Source of the DNA: Antedon mediterranea | Taxonomy: Eukaryota; Animalia; Echinodermata | Direction: 5' to 3' | DNA length: 64,000 bases | Assembly (NCBI RefSeq): GCF_964355755.1 | Contig: NC_092670.1 | Location: forward strand, 300,201-364,200 | In this document: positions 1 through 12,472 of the stretch, piece after piece | How positions within the stretch are numbered: the first letter of the stretch is position 1 | Layout: each line of letters begins with the position of its first letter | Position numbers and translations under genes: made by a program | Notes under the pieces: generated by a model | The model's input: the letters and a program-made list of their open reading frames with translations, nothing else | What the model was told of the DNA's origin: nothing | The model's database searches: none

Positions 1-1340
1 AGTTTGAATAAAATTGTATTTGGTTAGCGTATTTGCGTGTGTTGTTGAGAGATATATAAACCTTAACGACCACGACTTCTTCTTCTCTCCACTTTTCCGC
101 ATAGTGTCATCAGTTGTATTTCTCTTTTCCCTATTACGTTTCTGAGATATTTTATTTTGTCGTCTCTTAATTACTTTTAGCAAAAGAAATATTAACAACC
201 TGTCTCTCTGATACTTTTAGCAATCTTAAAAAACATGTCTCACATAATTATACATAACTCTATCGTATATTTAGTTTATTGGCTGGACATCCGTAAAAAC
301 CTCAAAAAGAAGCCCATGGGCCTAATTTTTAGGACTATTTGGGTGGGCTTTTTTTTTTAGGGTTCTAAAAAACTGAATCAGCGGGGCACAGATCGGTCTA
401 TTCCTAATGCGTCCGTATAATAGGCCTATGTCAGTACAAGAAATAAGCAAAATAATGTATAAACAAATACTGTTTTAAGAAATATAAAATATAGACCTAT
501 GGGCCACTGCCAACTCGTCAATCGAAGTCTGATATATTTAGCCAATCAAACACGATGTTTTTAAATGTCAAGTAGGCCTAATGAAGCTTCAGACGACGTG
601 ATGTTTAATTTTAGGGTTTCATAAAGTCTTTATAAGAGAAAATGTAGCGTACTAACAATTATTATCCATATCTCAAGTCGGTACAGATAAAACATAATAC
701 CGTCCAACATAGCTCCACTTCATTTAACATGTTAAATTTGTTTTTTAGCGTTTATTAGTACAGCATATTTGAGAGCATTTAGCATTTATATCAATTCTAA
801 ATTGTTTACGGTGTCGCATCAATTTAAGTTGCATTGCAAATAATTATATTTGGACATCACGCGTCAATATTATGGTGAAGCCTAATTTCTCACTGTAACT
901 TAAATCGGCGTGATACCGGTGATATAGATTTACCTGAGGCCAGGTAGACGTATGGACATATGAATGGTAAACATCAAAGGACGCCGCTATTGAAATATAT
1001 CAATTGAACATTTTCGTGTTCTCTACATTATCCAACGTTAAAAGAGCTAAGTGGAAACTTTCATTAGTGTATTATAGCCGCAGGAATGCTGTAGTATAGT
1101 GAATATATACCCGTCATGAATGTAGTGTATATCGCAGACGGTTAAAATGCTGATAAAGTCGAACTACACACTCCCAATATTCCCATATTTTTGTTAAAAG
1201 TTTTAACTCCAATTATTTCGAATGCCTTGCAAAACGTTGACTCCATCCGGAAATGAGAACCGTAACTTATAATCAAACAAATTCCTGTTTCAATGGATGA
1301 CACTTTATCTGTCATGTTTGTTGTTGTTTGTTTTGGTGTA

Positions 1341-1489
1341 AAACCCTGTCTACACTATCAAACACTATATCTAGACAAATATGGTAGTGATATTCTCAAA
1401 TATAGTAGTGATGTGACATCATCATGTCCATATTTAGGCACATCACCTTTGTTTTCGCACATAAAGTGTGATAGTGTGGACTGAGCATT
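1341..1489. mobile_element. Short MITE (Tourist/Harbinger-like); related copies at about 16382-16517 and 49048-49171
   Basis: TIR ctgtctacactatca..tgatagtgt(a/g)gac. Shared core aaatatggtagtgat..catcatcatgtccatat..ggcacatca in three copies. Confidence 0.7.
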
Positions 1490-1743
1490 ACACCAAGGTG
1501 TGTGCGTGTTTTGTTTTGTGTCTGTATGTAGTAGGCCTATTGTTGCTTTTCTTTTTGTTGATGTTTCCAGGATATTAGCTGATTTGTCAATTGTCGATAA
1601 ATCTAATACTATCTTTCTAGCCGCTATTGGCGGCGGATCAAAGAGCAGGTAACTTATTATCAATCCTCTAGGGCGGGGTCGTTAAACTTTTCTACGACTT
1701 TACTACTTATTATTGTTCCGGTTTGGTTACTAAACAATGTAGT

Positions 1744-2426
1744 ACCTAATTGTTTCTTTCCGCCATCTTCATTAAGTTCATTGGTTATCGGACCTCACAT
1801 TTTCGAAACATGCGTAATTTACGAGTCCGTGTGGATGTGAAAGCGTGATGAATTCAACGCGCAGGCGCCAGGGGTGGGATTGTCTTTTTATTGAGTGTTG
1901 GAGCTTATTTTACGTTTTGTATACTTGTTACGGTCACAAATGCCAGCTCCAACAATCAATAGTTAGATTATCTGCTTTGTGTACATTTATATAAGGTAAA
2001 GAGAAGGGTAGGGTATGGTAATGTATGATCATTGTCCGAGAGTAGGCCTAGAATCATGACAAAATCATAAAACGTCTGCAGAAACCTAATTGTTTCTTTC
2101 TGCCATCTTCATTAAGTTCATTGGTTATCGGACCTCACATTTTCGAAACATGCGTAATTTACGAGTCCGTGTGGATGTGAAAGCGTGATGAATTCAACGC
2201 GCAGGCGCCAGGGGTGGGATTGTCTTTTTATTGAGTGTTTGAGCTTATTTTACGTTTGGTATACTTGTTACGGTCACAAATGCCAGCTCCAGCAATCAAT
2301 AGTTAGATTATCTGCTTTGTGTACATTTATATAAGGTAAAGAGAAGGGTAGGGTATGGTAATGTATGATCATTGTCCGAGAGTAGGCCTAGAATCATGAC
2401 AAAATCATAAAACGTCTGCAGAAACC
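1744..2426. repeat. Recent 340-bp tandem duplication
   Basis: 1744-2083 is repeated at 2084-2423 with only a few substitutions; 3-bp microhomology acc at the junctions. Confidence 0.95.
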
Positions 2427-4320
2427 AAGGGACGTTAATATTATCCTGGGAGGCACCATGATTTCCAGGTACGCGAGTTTTATTTACAGGGGCGCGAGTT
2501 TTATCTACAGGGGCGCCATGCTGAATGTCCAGTAGGTACCATTCTATTGAATGTCCAGGGCGTCCGATCCTCAGTGACTATAGGTACATGATAATTATCT
2601 AATGAGTTAAAGAGAAGCCTCCAAAAGCCATATTAACCGTACTGAACCGTATTAATATTATTATATATGAATTAAAATCCATGGTAGATAATATATAAGG
2701 CATACACGTTTGTGCACACCGTTGCGTATTGACCTGTGTCAGGCGAATTAATGGTGAGACATAATGTTAGGGTTAGGGTTAGTTATCTTTATATGGTTTT
2801 TTTTAAATATTTGATTAACGTTAAAGCAGTTATTCTGTTTTGGCAAATGCCTATAGGTGAAATTTATACATTTTTATTAGGCCTACTTTTCTGAACTTAC
2901 CGCATAATGTGCGCGAAAAGTAGTGCGTGTAGTACCACGCGCAGTACTGTGACGACGTATTGGTACATTATCACGTCAGACGTTGTGGTGAGTTAGTAGC
3001 CGGAGTGTCATTCGTGTAACTAATTCACTTTACAATTATATTAATGATCAAGTTACAATATTATCTATATACTTTAATTTACAAGTTGTAAATATTATCA
3101 GGGTACAGAGATCTGAAATCCTGTAGCAGTACGAGAGATTCGGAAAACATTCTTGAATGAGGTAGGCCTACGTTTTATTTTTACTTTAAGTTGGGCTTAA
3201 AATGTCGATGTTGAATACATTATTTGGAAGCATTTTTACAAATTGATAAGTCTATAGTCTGCATAAATTTTCGTAATTATTTTGTTGCCATTGGTCTTAT
3301 CGGATTCTACGAATCATTTTAGCACAGTGTCAATCAAATTTCATCAATATAAATGTTGATTTTATAATAATCGGCTTATTTCTCTATCTAAATCTAACAT
3401 TTACTAATTAAAACAGCCAGCATTTACAATTGTAAAAGTGTACGCACCAAACTGTCGTTCACATGCGTTGCGGTATGAATTGAAAGTGTGTTTAGGCCTA
3501 CTCATTTTGTTTTATTTTGTGAATTGGAGAAAATTCGGAGAAGCGTAGTTCATATTTGTTTCATTTATTTTGTTATATATTCAGTTGGTTGGTTTTGGTG
3601 TTATATTCTGAACATTCGGGCATACGTATTTGTTTTTTCATTTATTTTGTTATATAGCCCTCTTTAGTGTGTTGGTTTGTTTTTCGGATACTCTCCGGCA
3701 TTACGTATTTGTTTTCATTCATTTTTATCCAGTCCATTGATTGTCTTTTTATCAGTTTATTCGGCTTTAACAATAATGCTGGCCTTATATATTCTAACGT
3801 TTCGTATTTGTTTTCATTAGTCGTACAATTAATTCCGTAGCATATAGTTGGCGTATGTAGATTATAGTAATTTTGCGCAACAGATCTTTGTAATAACCGG
3901 AGGCGAGTGTTTGTGAAATTAACGTATAATTGCACGCAACGAAGCTACTTATTGTCTTGTTACTTTCTTTGATCTTGCCGACTTCTACAAAATGGACCCC
4001 GTTGCTTCTTTTCTTTTTCGCCGGTGATGGATTTTGCCTGAATACAGTGATCTACAAATCGTTAATTTCTCCTCATTCATGTCAAACGAAACATACAACT
4101 AAGCTGCATGAAATATATTTTATTTATTATGCGGTATTGTCTGGTTTATACAAACACGGTCGTCGTCTCAGTAACTTAGACTTATTACATTTTATATTGT
4201 ATTGTTCTTTTTACAATGGCCAATGTATGAGCATCATCAGCAGTATATTACACAGGTCTTTTTAATCGAACTATACAATACTCTTATAATAAAATATAAT
4301 TATCATTTTGCACTATTTAA

Positions 4321-5325
4321 AGATATATTGTCATGGCATGTTCAAAGCCTTTTTTATTATCTTCATTTTTCATGTTTTTGGAAGACAATACATCTTTAAT
4401 TAACTGTTGGAATGTCTCCGTTTGTCCCCAGTTTTTGTGGCACATATCATCATACTTTACTCAATATGTCGGTGATCCATAAATTCAAACACTAAAAAAT
4501 GTATAATTTGGGAAAATGAATCATTTCCAGTCCATTGCGTTGTCTACAGATAACTTTTTGTAGTGCCGCACAAAATAGCGCCCTCTACCCGCTAATTCAG
4601 TTCTTCAATCGTGTCCCTTATGTCCTTTCATAAGATGCCGATACATCCGCTTTAAACCCGATCAATCAGCATTCGGAGACGATTTAATGTAGGTTGCTTA
4701 CATTGAGTCGGTTCATTGTTTCGACCATGACCTAACACAGTCTGAAAAGCATCTTAGAAAACGCCATCTATGTATGACGTAATAAGACCCTCTCCCTTCT
4801 TTTCACGCTGCTGCTCTAGCCCGCTACGTCACACGAGATGACTCATTAATTAGATGAAATCAAGCAGCAGTTATAGTACTACACTTTGACATTTTTGTTA
4901 AAATGGAAACTCCACTATAATTTATAGGTAGCAGCTGCATTTCTGGTATTTATGAGTCCCATGATAATACTGTATTTCGCTGTCAGATAATCATTGAATT
5001 ATTATCAAAACAGTCCATGAAAGTTTTTGTTTGTAATATGATACTTCACACTTTATACCCCCAGACTTGACCTTAGCAATACAATAAACTAAATTGAGTC
5101 GGTTTCATATCAAAGTTATTCACTTCTGTAACAAAATTCACATTATAGAAAGAGAAAAGAAACGTTTAATTATAACTCAAAAACCACATTGTCTGACAGA
5201 CAATTAAAGTATTTTTTGCTTTTAATTACATTTTTTCAGGTAAAATAACTATTATGTGACAATAAAATGACACATTCAAAAACAAATTTGAAATAAAAAA
5301 TATTTTTCAGAGGGACAATATATCT
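4321..5325. mobile_element. Non-autonomous Kolobok-like DNA transposon
   Basis: ttaa|AGATATATTGTC ... GACAATATATCT|ttaa: 12-bp TIR starting with RR and a TTAA TSD. Confidence 0.65.
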
Positions 5326-5494
5326 TTAAAACTGTTACGTCAGTAAGCGAGCAGCGTTTTTTGTAAGAAATATTTCTTGTTGTATTGATGTTTAGTTCCA
5401 TCATGGAGAACTCGATGGTTCAATAAATGTCGTCGTCTTCGTAAGAGAACTATTTGTAAATATTAAATTATTAGCCAGTACTTTATTTAATAAC

Positions 5495-5548
5495 AATAAT
5501 AACATTTTATACAGCGCACATATCCACAACAGTGCTCAAGGCGCTTGT
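5495..5548 (-). mobile_element. L2-type LINE/SINE 3' tail
   Basis: Reverse strand reads aagcgccttgagcac..gtgcgctgtataaaatgttattatt, the typical L2-clade 3' stem-loop plus short repeat tail. Confidence 0.55.
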
Positions 5549-5673
5549 GAAAACCATGAAACAAATTAACCTTAAACCTAAATACTACTTATAATTTTGA
5601 CAAAAACCGAAATATGATTTTACTATTTTAACATCAAAGAACAGTGCATTATAACTATACTGTATATTGTTAT

Positions 5674-5849
5674 GTATTAATTCGGTATATCGGATCCATC
5701 ATATTAACAAATACTATCCTATATACGTATAAAGTATTAATTCGGTATATCGGATCCATCATATTAACAAATACTATCCTATATACGTATAAAGTATTAA
5801 TTCGGTATATCGGATTCATCATATTAACAAATACTATCCTATATACGTA
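5674..5849. repeat. 60-bp tandem repeat, about 3 copies
   Basis: Unit gtattaattcggtatatcggatccatcatattaacaaatactatcctatatacgtataaa. Confidence 0.95.
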
Positions 5850-6520
5850 AGTTAATTCTATATATTTGTAAACATCTTCAGAACAATTACAATTTATTTT
5901 TCTCTTTTATTTTTCACTCCTTTTTAACATTGTAAATATTGCCTGTCTTTGTATTGTGTAAGTTTTATTTTAAGTTTTTTAATGTCTTTTATGAATCTTT
6001 TAATCTATTCTTCTAAAAAAACAGGACCATGAAAAACAGGTGCAATATCTATACCTGATATATTTTTATCCTGTCTAAATATGTTTTTAAATAAAATAAA
6101 TAAACAATATTCTGTAGATATAGAACATAATAGACAGTGCACATTGTGAGCGGCCGTAATCTATACAATATCCAGGTTTTTTCTATAATGTTTTATCTGT
6201 TATCTGAATTCTCACCGCCCGCGGATCTGTTTCCTTTGAAGTAAAACTTAGAAGTATATTTGCTGCCATGTTCAAGGGTATGGTTGTATTAGCTTTATAT
6301 AGAAATAAGAGCTTTATATGATAATATTGGCAGTACAAAATTACGACACGTTTTATCAAGTATATTTGCCAAACTGTTTCCCTTCTTGAAGGAATTCATT
6401 TCGCTTTAATCGCATCATTATAAATCAACGCATTTAATAATGACCACACCCATATAACCACACCACGGTGGTGAACGTTTTGGTGGCCTCTTCTCGGCAA
6501 CCCTTCAAGAGCACAATGAA

Positions 6521-7615
6521 CCCATGAATGGGTGTCACGAAAGCTCAGACCACGAAAGCTCAGACCCCCTAAGACCTAAGATCACGAAAGCTAAGACCCA
6601 ACACCTAAGATTACAAATATTTATCTTTCGCACCTGCCTTGTATTTTAACTCCCAACATTTATTCTGAATACCACACCTTAGAATTGGCACTTTCATGAA
6701 AAAGAATCACATAAAAAGTAACAAATACATTTTTAAATTGATGATTTTACAGACGTTTTTCTCGCACACAAAATGACTAGCCTACAGTACAGTAGGCCTA
6801 CCCCATGGGCCATGTTCAATGTTTTTGTTTCTATGGAACGTCAAAAGAGCAAAAATTATATAGAGGGCTGAAAACTCTGTGGAGTCCATCTACAGTGTGG
6901 ATGGAACAATGTAAAATTAAAATTGTAATGATAATAGTATAATCATGCAAGTACGAAGAAATAAATACTGGCAAATAAATTTTAATTTAAAAATCATGAT
7001 AAGTTTTTTTGTTTCGTTTTCTTTCTGTTTTTATACTTGTACTATTATTGTTGCTCTTTTGGCGCTCCATAGAAACAAAAACATTGAGCATGGGGAGCTC
7101 GAGGAGTTACATTACAGTAGGCCTATACAAAGAAACACATCTGTAAAATCATCAATTTAAAGGATTTAATTATTTGTTATTATGTGTTTCTCCTTCTGAA
7201 AGTACTTATAAGTCCTAATTTTAAAGTGTGGTGTTCAGGATAAAGTTAGTCAACAAATTTGGAGTCAAAATACAAGAAAGGCAGGTGCGTAAGAAAAACA
7301 TCCTCTGAACCAACACAATGGAGTAAATATATACCAACAAACAACCCGTCAAGTTTGTTTGTTGTAAAGAAAAAATATACATTTACTCAACGGGCGAAAA
7401 TAATGTGAGTTTATCTATGTTTTGCGGTAGTATTAAATTATATTTATGGTAATAAATGAAACCTACTGTGTTTAAAAGTATGTATGGATAAACAAGTATT
7501 GTTTTTAAGCTGTATTATATCTTAGTATTTGTAATCTTAGGTGTTGGGTCTTAGCTTTCGTGATCTTAGGTCTTAGGGGGTCTGAGCTTTCGTGGTCTGA
7601 GGTTTCGTGACACCC
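6521..7615. mobile_element. Non-autonomous foldback/MULE-like element
   Basis: About 90-bp TIRs gggtgtcacgaaagctcagacc.. (6530) and ..tcgtgacaccc (7615) with internal tandem subrepeats. 9-bp direct repeat cacaatgaa at 6512-6520 and 7616-7624. Internal inverted module related to element X. Confidence 0.8.
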
Positions 7616-8292
7616 CACAATGAATAACCAAAACACTAATTCTCGGTATCGAACCCCATCCCAAAAGCTATAATATAAATCATCCGCGACAAAATGAACG
7701 TGCACATTTTATTTAGCATCTTTATTATTCAGGATTACACAATCAGGTAAAATAAAAAACCTGGTTTGCAGATGGTGTATCGCAATAGCATTATAATACT
7801 AATAGTAGTGGAACTGTAGCTTCGTGGTGGTTAACGTGCTTGGCTTCCAATTCCAAGGACCAGGGTCCAAACCTGACCTAGTGCCAGGGTCCAATCCTGA
7901 CATAGTGCCAGGGTTGTAACTCACGACTCCACTAAGGGTTAGTGGAGTTAGCTGTTGGATGCGTATTGAAAGAATACAAAATGCATAACATAATGATTAA
8001 ATTTGATTAACGTACAATTAATAATCATTATCGTTTATTGATTCCATTAAACGAACTTCTAAAAACACCGCTAATTTTTAATTACATCTATTTGTACAGT
8101 TAGTAGTTAAATTTGAATTTAACGTAATAAATTAACCGTTTGATTTAATATTAAAGTACAATGGAAGTTCAGAACAAAGCATACTCATGAATATTCATGA
8201 GACCTTTGTGCGGCTGCAGTGCATTATACTAGTGACGTAGTTTGGCGTCAATGCACTCATTACTACGTTTGGCTGAGAACATTGCGTTCTAA

Positions 8293-8445
8293 AGCTTGGT
8301 TCCCACTAGAACGTAACGCAAGGAAACGCAACGCAAGTGAGTTGACCAATGACAAGCGACAGTTCGAATAATCCATCGTTTTTGATTGGTCAAATCCCTT
8401 ACGTTGCGTTACGTCGTTGTGTGGGTTCCTAGTGGGAACCAAGAT
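8293..8445. mobile_element. Harbinger/Tourist-like MITE (agcttggttcccactag family)
   Basis: Palindromic element with TIRs and a TAA TSD. Confidence 0.8.
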
Positions 8446-8575
8446 TAACGTCTAAAAGCTTGGTTCCACCTGAACGCAACGTATAATATGCTAGTATGAT
8501 AGGCGCAACGCAAGTGAGTAGATTCCAGGACGATGTCACATAAAGATAATAAAAACACTTTTGTTTAGTATTTTA

Positions 8576-8774
8576 AGCTTGGTTCCCACTAGAACGCAAC
8601 GCAAGCGTTTTAACCAATGACAAGCGAAGTTTATGCTATGAAACTGTATTTATAAACGATGAGTAAATAAATGTGAAGTTATAGACAGTTAGCAATCACA
8701 CCATCGCTTGTGATTGGCCAATTCACTTGCGTTGCGTTACGTCCTTGTGTTGCGTCGCTAGTAGGAACCACGCT
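8576..8774. mobile_element. Second copy of the same MITE family
   Basis: agcttggttcccactag..ctagtaggaaccacgct with a TTA TSD. Confidence 0.8.
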
Positions 8775-8963
8775 TTACTCAAACCAGGGAGTTGTAAAAT
8801 TACAACTCCCTGATCAAACATTTACCACAAGGCACATGAGTGGAAAATTATAACATTATAAAATAATGTAATAAATTAGAAAGAAAAACAATTTAAACAG
8901 CTTATTTCGAACGCAAGCAACAGTTACAGTAGTTACAAGCAATTTACAGTACAAACAAATTAC

Positions 8964-9073
8964 AAAATGATCAGGCCCCGTATTATTGTAAAATGATCAG
9001 GCCCCGTATTATTGTAAAATGATCAGGCCCCGTATTATTGTAAAATGATCAGGCCCCGTATTATTGTAAAATG
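8964..9073. repeat. 26-bp tandem repeat, 4 copies
   Basis: Unit aaaatgatcaggccccgtattattgt. Confidence 0.95.
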
Positions 9074-9665
9074 TTAATTTTCGAGGCTAGCCTTTTTTAA
9101 TTACTAACTTTTCATGGATTTCCTTGTATACAGCTAGTGATGTTTGCTAGTAAAAAGTTGTCAAATCCTCAGAGAAGTGTCTTCGTACATACACTTTGCA
9201 GAGTAAACGTGTATCGTGCATGTTAATACAGTCCATCCGAAGACGTGACTGAAACGGGAGACTTAAACGATTAATATTTTACGACTAAATAATAATTATT
9301 AATGTTTGCATACAACCAATTTTAAAAGTACACAATGCCCATTGTAATGGTAATAAGTACAGTTACATTGACTTATACAAAAACAGTGCAATATTTTAGT
9401 GCATTGCCCTCTGAATTGCTGTTTTAATAATACCACGTGATCAACGGAACAGAATCATCAATTGCTTATAAAAATGATTGAATTCAACGTTTTTATAATG
9501 ATTTTGTAATAACGATAACACCGGTAATTTCGGTTCTTTCAAATATTATGTACAGTAATAAATAATTTGCTTAGTAGATTGGAATTATTATCTTGAATTA
9601 TAATATGTTAATAGTATTGTGATAAACAATGTGCATAGATAGGCCCTAGCGATTGCAATAATTAA

Positions 9666-9935
9666 GCTTGGTTTCCACTAGGACGCAAAGCAAGGACGTA
9701 AGCGTAACGTAAGTGATTTGACCAATCACAGGCGATGGATTATTCGAATTGTCGCTTGTCATTGGTCAACACACTTGCGCTGCGTCTATGTCCTTGCGTT
9801 GCCTCCTAAGTGGGAACCGAGTTTAAGTGATTTGACCAATCACAGACGATGGATTATTCGAACTGTCGTTTGTAATTGGTCAACTCGCTTGCGTTGTGTC
9901 TACGTCCTTACGTGTCCTAGTGGGATACAAAAGCT
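9666..9935. mobile_element. Same MITE family with a duplicated right part; another degraded copy at about 15605-15752
   Basis: aagtgatttgaccaatcaca..tagtggga occurs twice in tandem after the left TIR. Confidence 0.7.
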
Positions 9936-10146
9936 GTTGTAGCACACGGACCCTGTTTTTTTTATCACGTGCATAATTTAAAACCTTGACATAATTATAA
10001 TATCACTGTACTTGCTTGATTATTCTAATTATCGCTTTACTTTGATTCGCCGACTGATGACACATTTTTTCTAATAAATTTATGCTTTTAATCTATATAT
10101 AGAATTCGATTAACATTAGAAGGATTCTCGATTGATTAAATTAACT

Positions 10147-10848
10147 AAACTTTGTTTAGTACAGACGAATTTCTCTGGACACTTTTCAATAGAGTGTGTA
10201 GGCATAAACCTTGTGTCTTTTCAACCAAACTTTGTTTAGTACAGTACAGACGAATTTCTCTGGACACTTTTTAATAGATCACTGTGTGGCATAAACCTTG
10301 TTTCTTTTCAACCAAACTTTATTATTTAGTAGGCCTATAACAGACGAATTTCTCTGGCCACTTTTCAATAGACTGTGTGGCATAAACCTTGTGTCTTTTC
10401 AACCAAACTTTGTTATTTAGTAGGCCTAGATACGAATTTCTCTGGCCACTTTTCAATAGACTGTGTAGGCATAAACCTTGTGTCTTTTCAACCAAACTTT
10501 GTTATTTAGTAGGCCTACAGACGAATTTCTCTAGCCACTTTTCAATAGACTGTGTGACATAAACCTTGTGTCTTTTCAACCAAACTTTGTTATTTAGTAG
10601 GCCTACAGACGAATTTCTCTGGACACTTTTCAATAGACTGTGTAGGCATAAACCTTGTGTCTTTTCAACCAAACTTTGTTATTTAGTAGGCCTACAGACG
10701 AATTTTTCTGGCCACTTTTCAATAGACTGTGTAGGATAAACCTTGTGTCTTTTCAACCAAACTTTGTTATTTAGTAGGCCTACAGACGAATTTCTCTGGC
10801 CACTTTTCAATAGACTGTGTAGGCATAAACCTTGTGTCTTTTCAACCT
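10147..10848. repeat. Tandem array of about 89-bp units, about 8 copies
   Basis: Unit aaactttgttatttagtaggcctacagacgaatttctctggccacttttcaatagactgtgtaggcataaaccttgtgtcttttcaacc. Confidence 0.95.
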
Positions 10849-12077
10849 CTATATCACAATAGCAAATCGATAATTATCGTGCAATAATGTATATCAAAGA
10901 TCAAAGACTACCTACTATCTCCACATCACCGTACAAAACCCCTAGGGCAAGGTTTGGAGGATATAATATCTTAATAATGATACAACTCCCTTTCACCATT
11001 AGTTTGATTTCATTAGATTAAAAATAAAAGATCAATATTTTCTTGTGTAATAAATTCAAAGCAATTCTCACCTATCTTTAATTAAGTTCAGGCATGAAAC
11101 CAACCATTTCTTTCGTAGTGGATCAAATAATTTGCATTATTATATAGGCCTAGGTAACGATTATGTGTCTAAGCTTTCAAATTGGTAAGTAACCATCAAT
11201 ACTACAAAGGCAACGAGAGCAATTCATTAGTGGGCTCAAAAGATGATATGCGAGAGAGAAATAAAAGTCGCCGCTACAAGAGTAGGCCAATGTTATCACC
11301 CGGGGTACATGTTGATTGACTCGGGTCAAAATGTGTGACTGTGTCTTAAGCATCGTGTAGAACCTCAAGCGTAGACATTAAATGTGGCCAAAATGACGCC
11401 GTCGCGCTTTCCCCCTTCATCATATCGTATTCTCTATCACACTAAAACGGAAAGATCATTGACAAAATGAACGGTAGATATCATGAAATAACAAATAAAA
11501 AAAAACATATTTTAACCGGATTCATCGATCTTGTGGAACGAAGCAGAATTGTTGTCATTCAGTATTTATTTAATCACCAAACTATTAATTGAATTTACAA
11601 TCAGTAAGAGATACCATATAGAATATTAATTGGATCATTATAATAATGGGACTTATTATTAAAAATTGAAAGAAAACATTTCAAATGTAAAAATAAAGCT
11701 ATTCATGTCAGAGGAGAATTTTGGAAAACCTTTGGGTGAAGAGATAATATTGTCGGTGATATTGTTACTAGGCCTATTTATGGAGTCGTTTTCGACTGAA
11801 TTATTTTTTATTTAATCCAAAAACCAAAGGTATTTCTATTAAAATCGATTGTTTGATTGTTATGAACCGGCCTGGTTGTTGTAATTAGGCTAATGTTCTT
11901 AAACAGCTTTAATTATCAATCATGTTTAGTGAACACATTAAGGTGCAATCCACACTGTCAATGTCGATCAGCGATGATTTCAACGAAACAAACCAAAGTA
12001 GAATGAAATGCATGTGGACACAGTGATATATTGTAGGCCCTTTTCGATGAAGTGTTTTAATATAGCCCTATTATAGC

Positions 12078-12472
12078 GTTTGGATGTCGGCATATACATC
12101 GTATCTCTTGGATGTCGGCATAGGTCTATACACCGTATCCTTTTGGATTTCGGCATATAGGCCTACATCGCATCCTTTGGATGTGTCGGCATATAGGCCT
12201 ACATGGTATCCTTTGGATGTCGGCATATAGGTAGCCTACATCGCATCCTTTGGATGTGGTCGGCAATCGGCATATAGGCCTACATGGTATCCTTTGAATG
12301 TCGGCATATACATCGTATCCTTTTGATGTCGGCATAGGCCTACACCGTATCATTTGGATCTCGGCATATACGTACATCCTTCAGATGTCGGCATTACATC
12401 GTATCTTTTGGTTGTGTCGGAGGCTTACATCGTATCATTTGGATGTCGGCATATAGGCCTAAATCGTATATC
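12078..12472. repeat. Degenerate minisatellite of about 28-40 bp
   Basis: Consensus tttggatgtcggcatataggcctacatcgtatcc; explains ORFs 12126..12377 and 12354..12671. Confidence 0.9.

Noticed and set aside
2766-2784. Telomere-like TTAGGG repeats
   Set aside because: Only about 2.5 units within a probable interspersed repeat; not an interstitial telomere.
7815-7915. tRNA-like sequence
   Set aside because: A-box-like start but no complete cloverleaf, and the 3' part is duplicated; at best a decayed SINE head.
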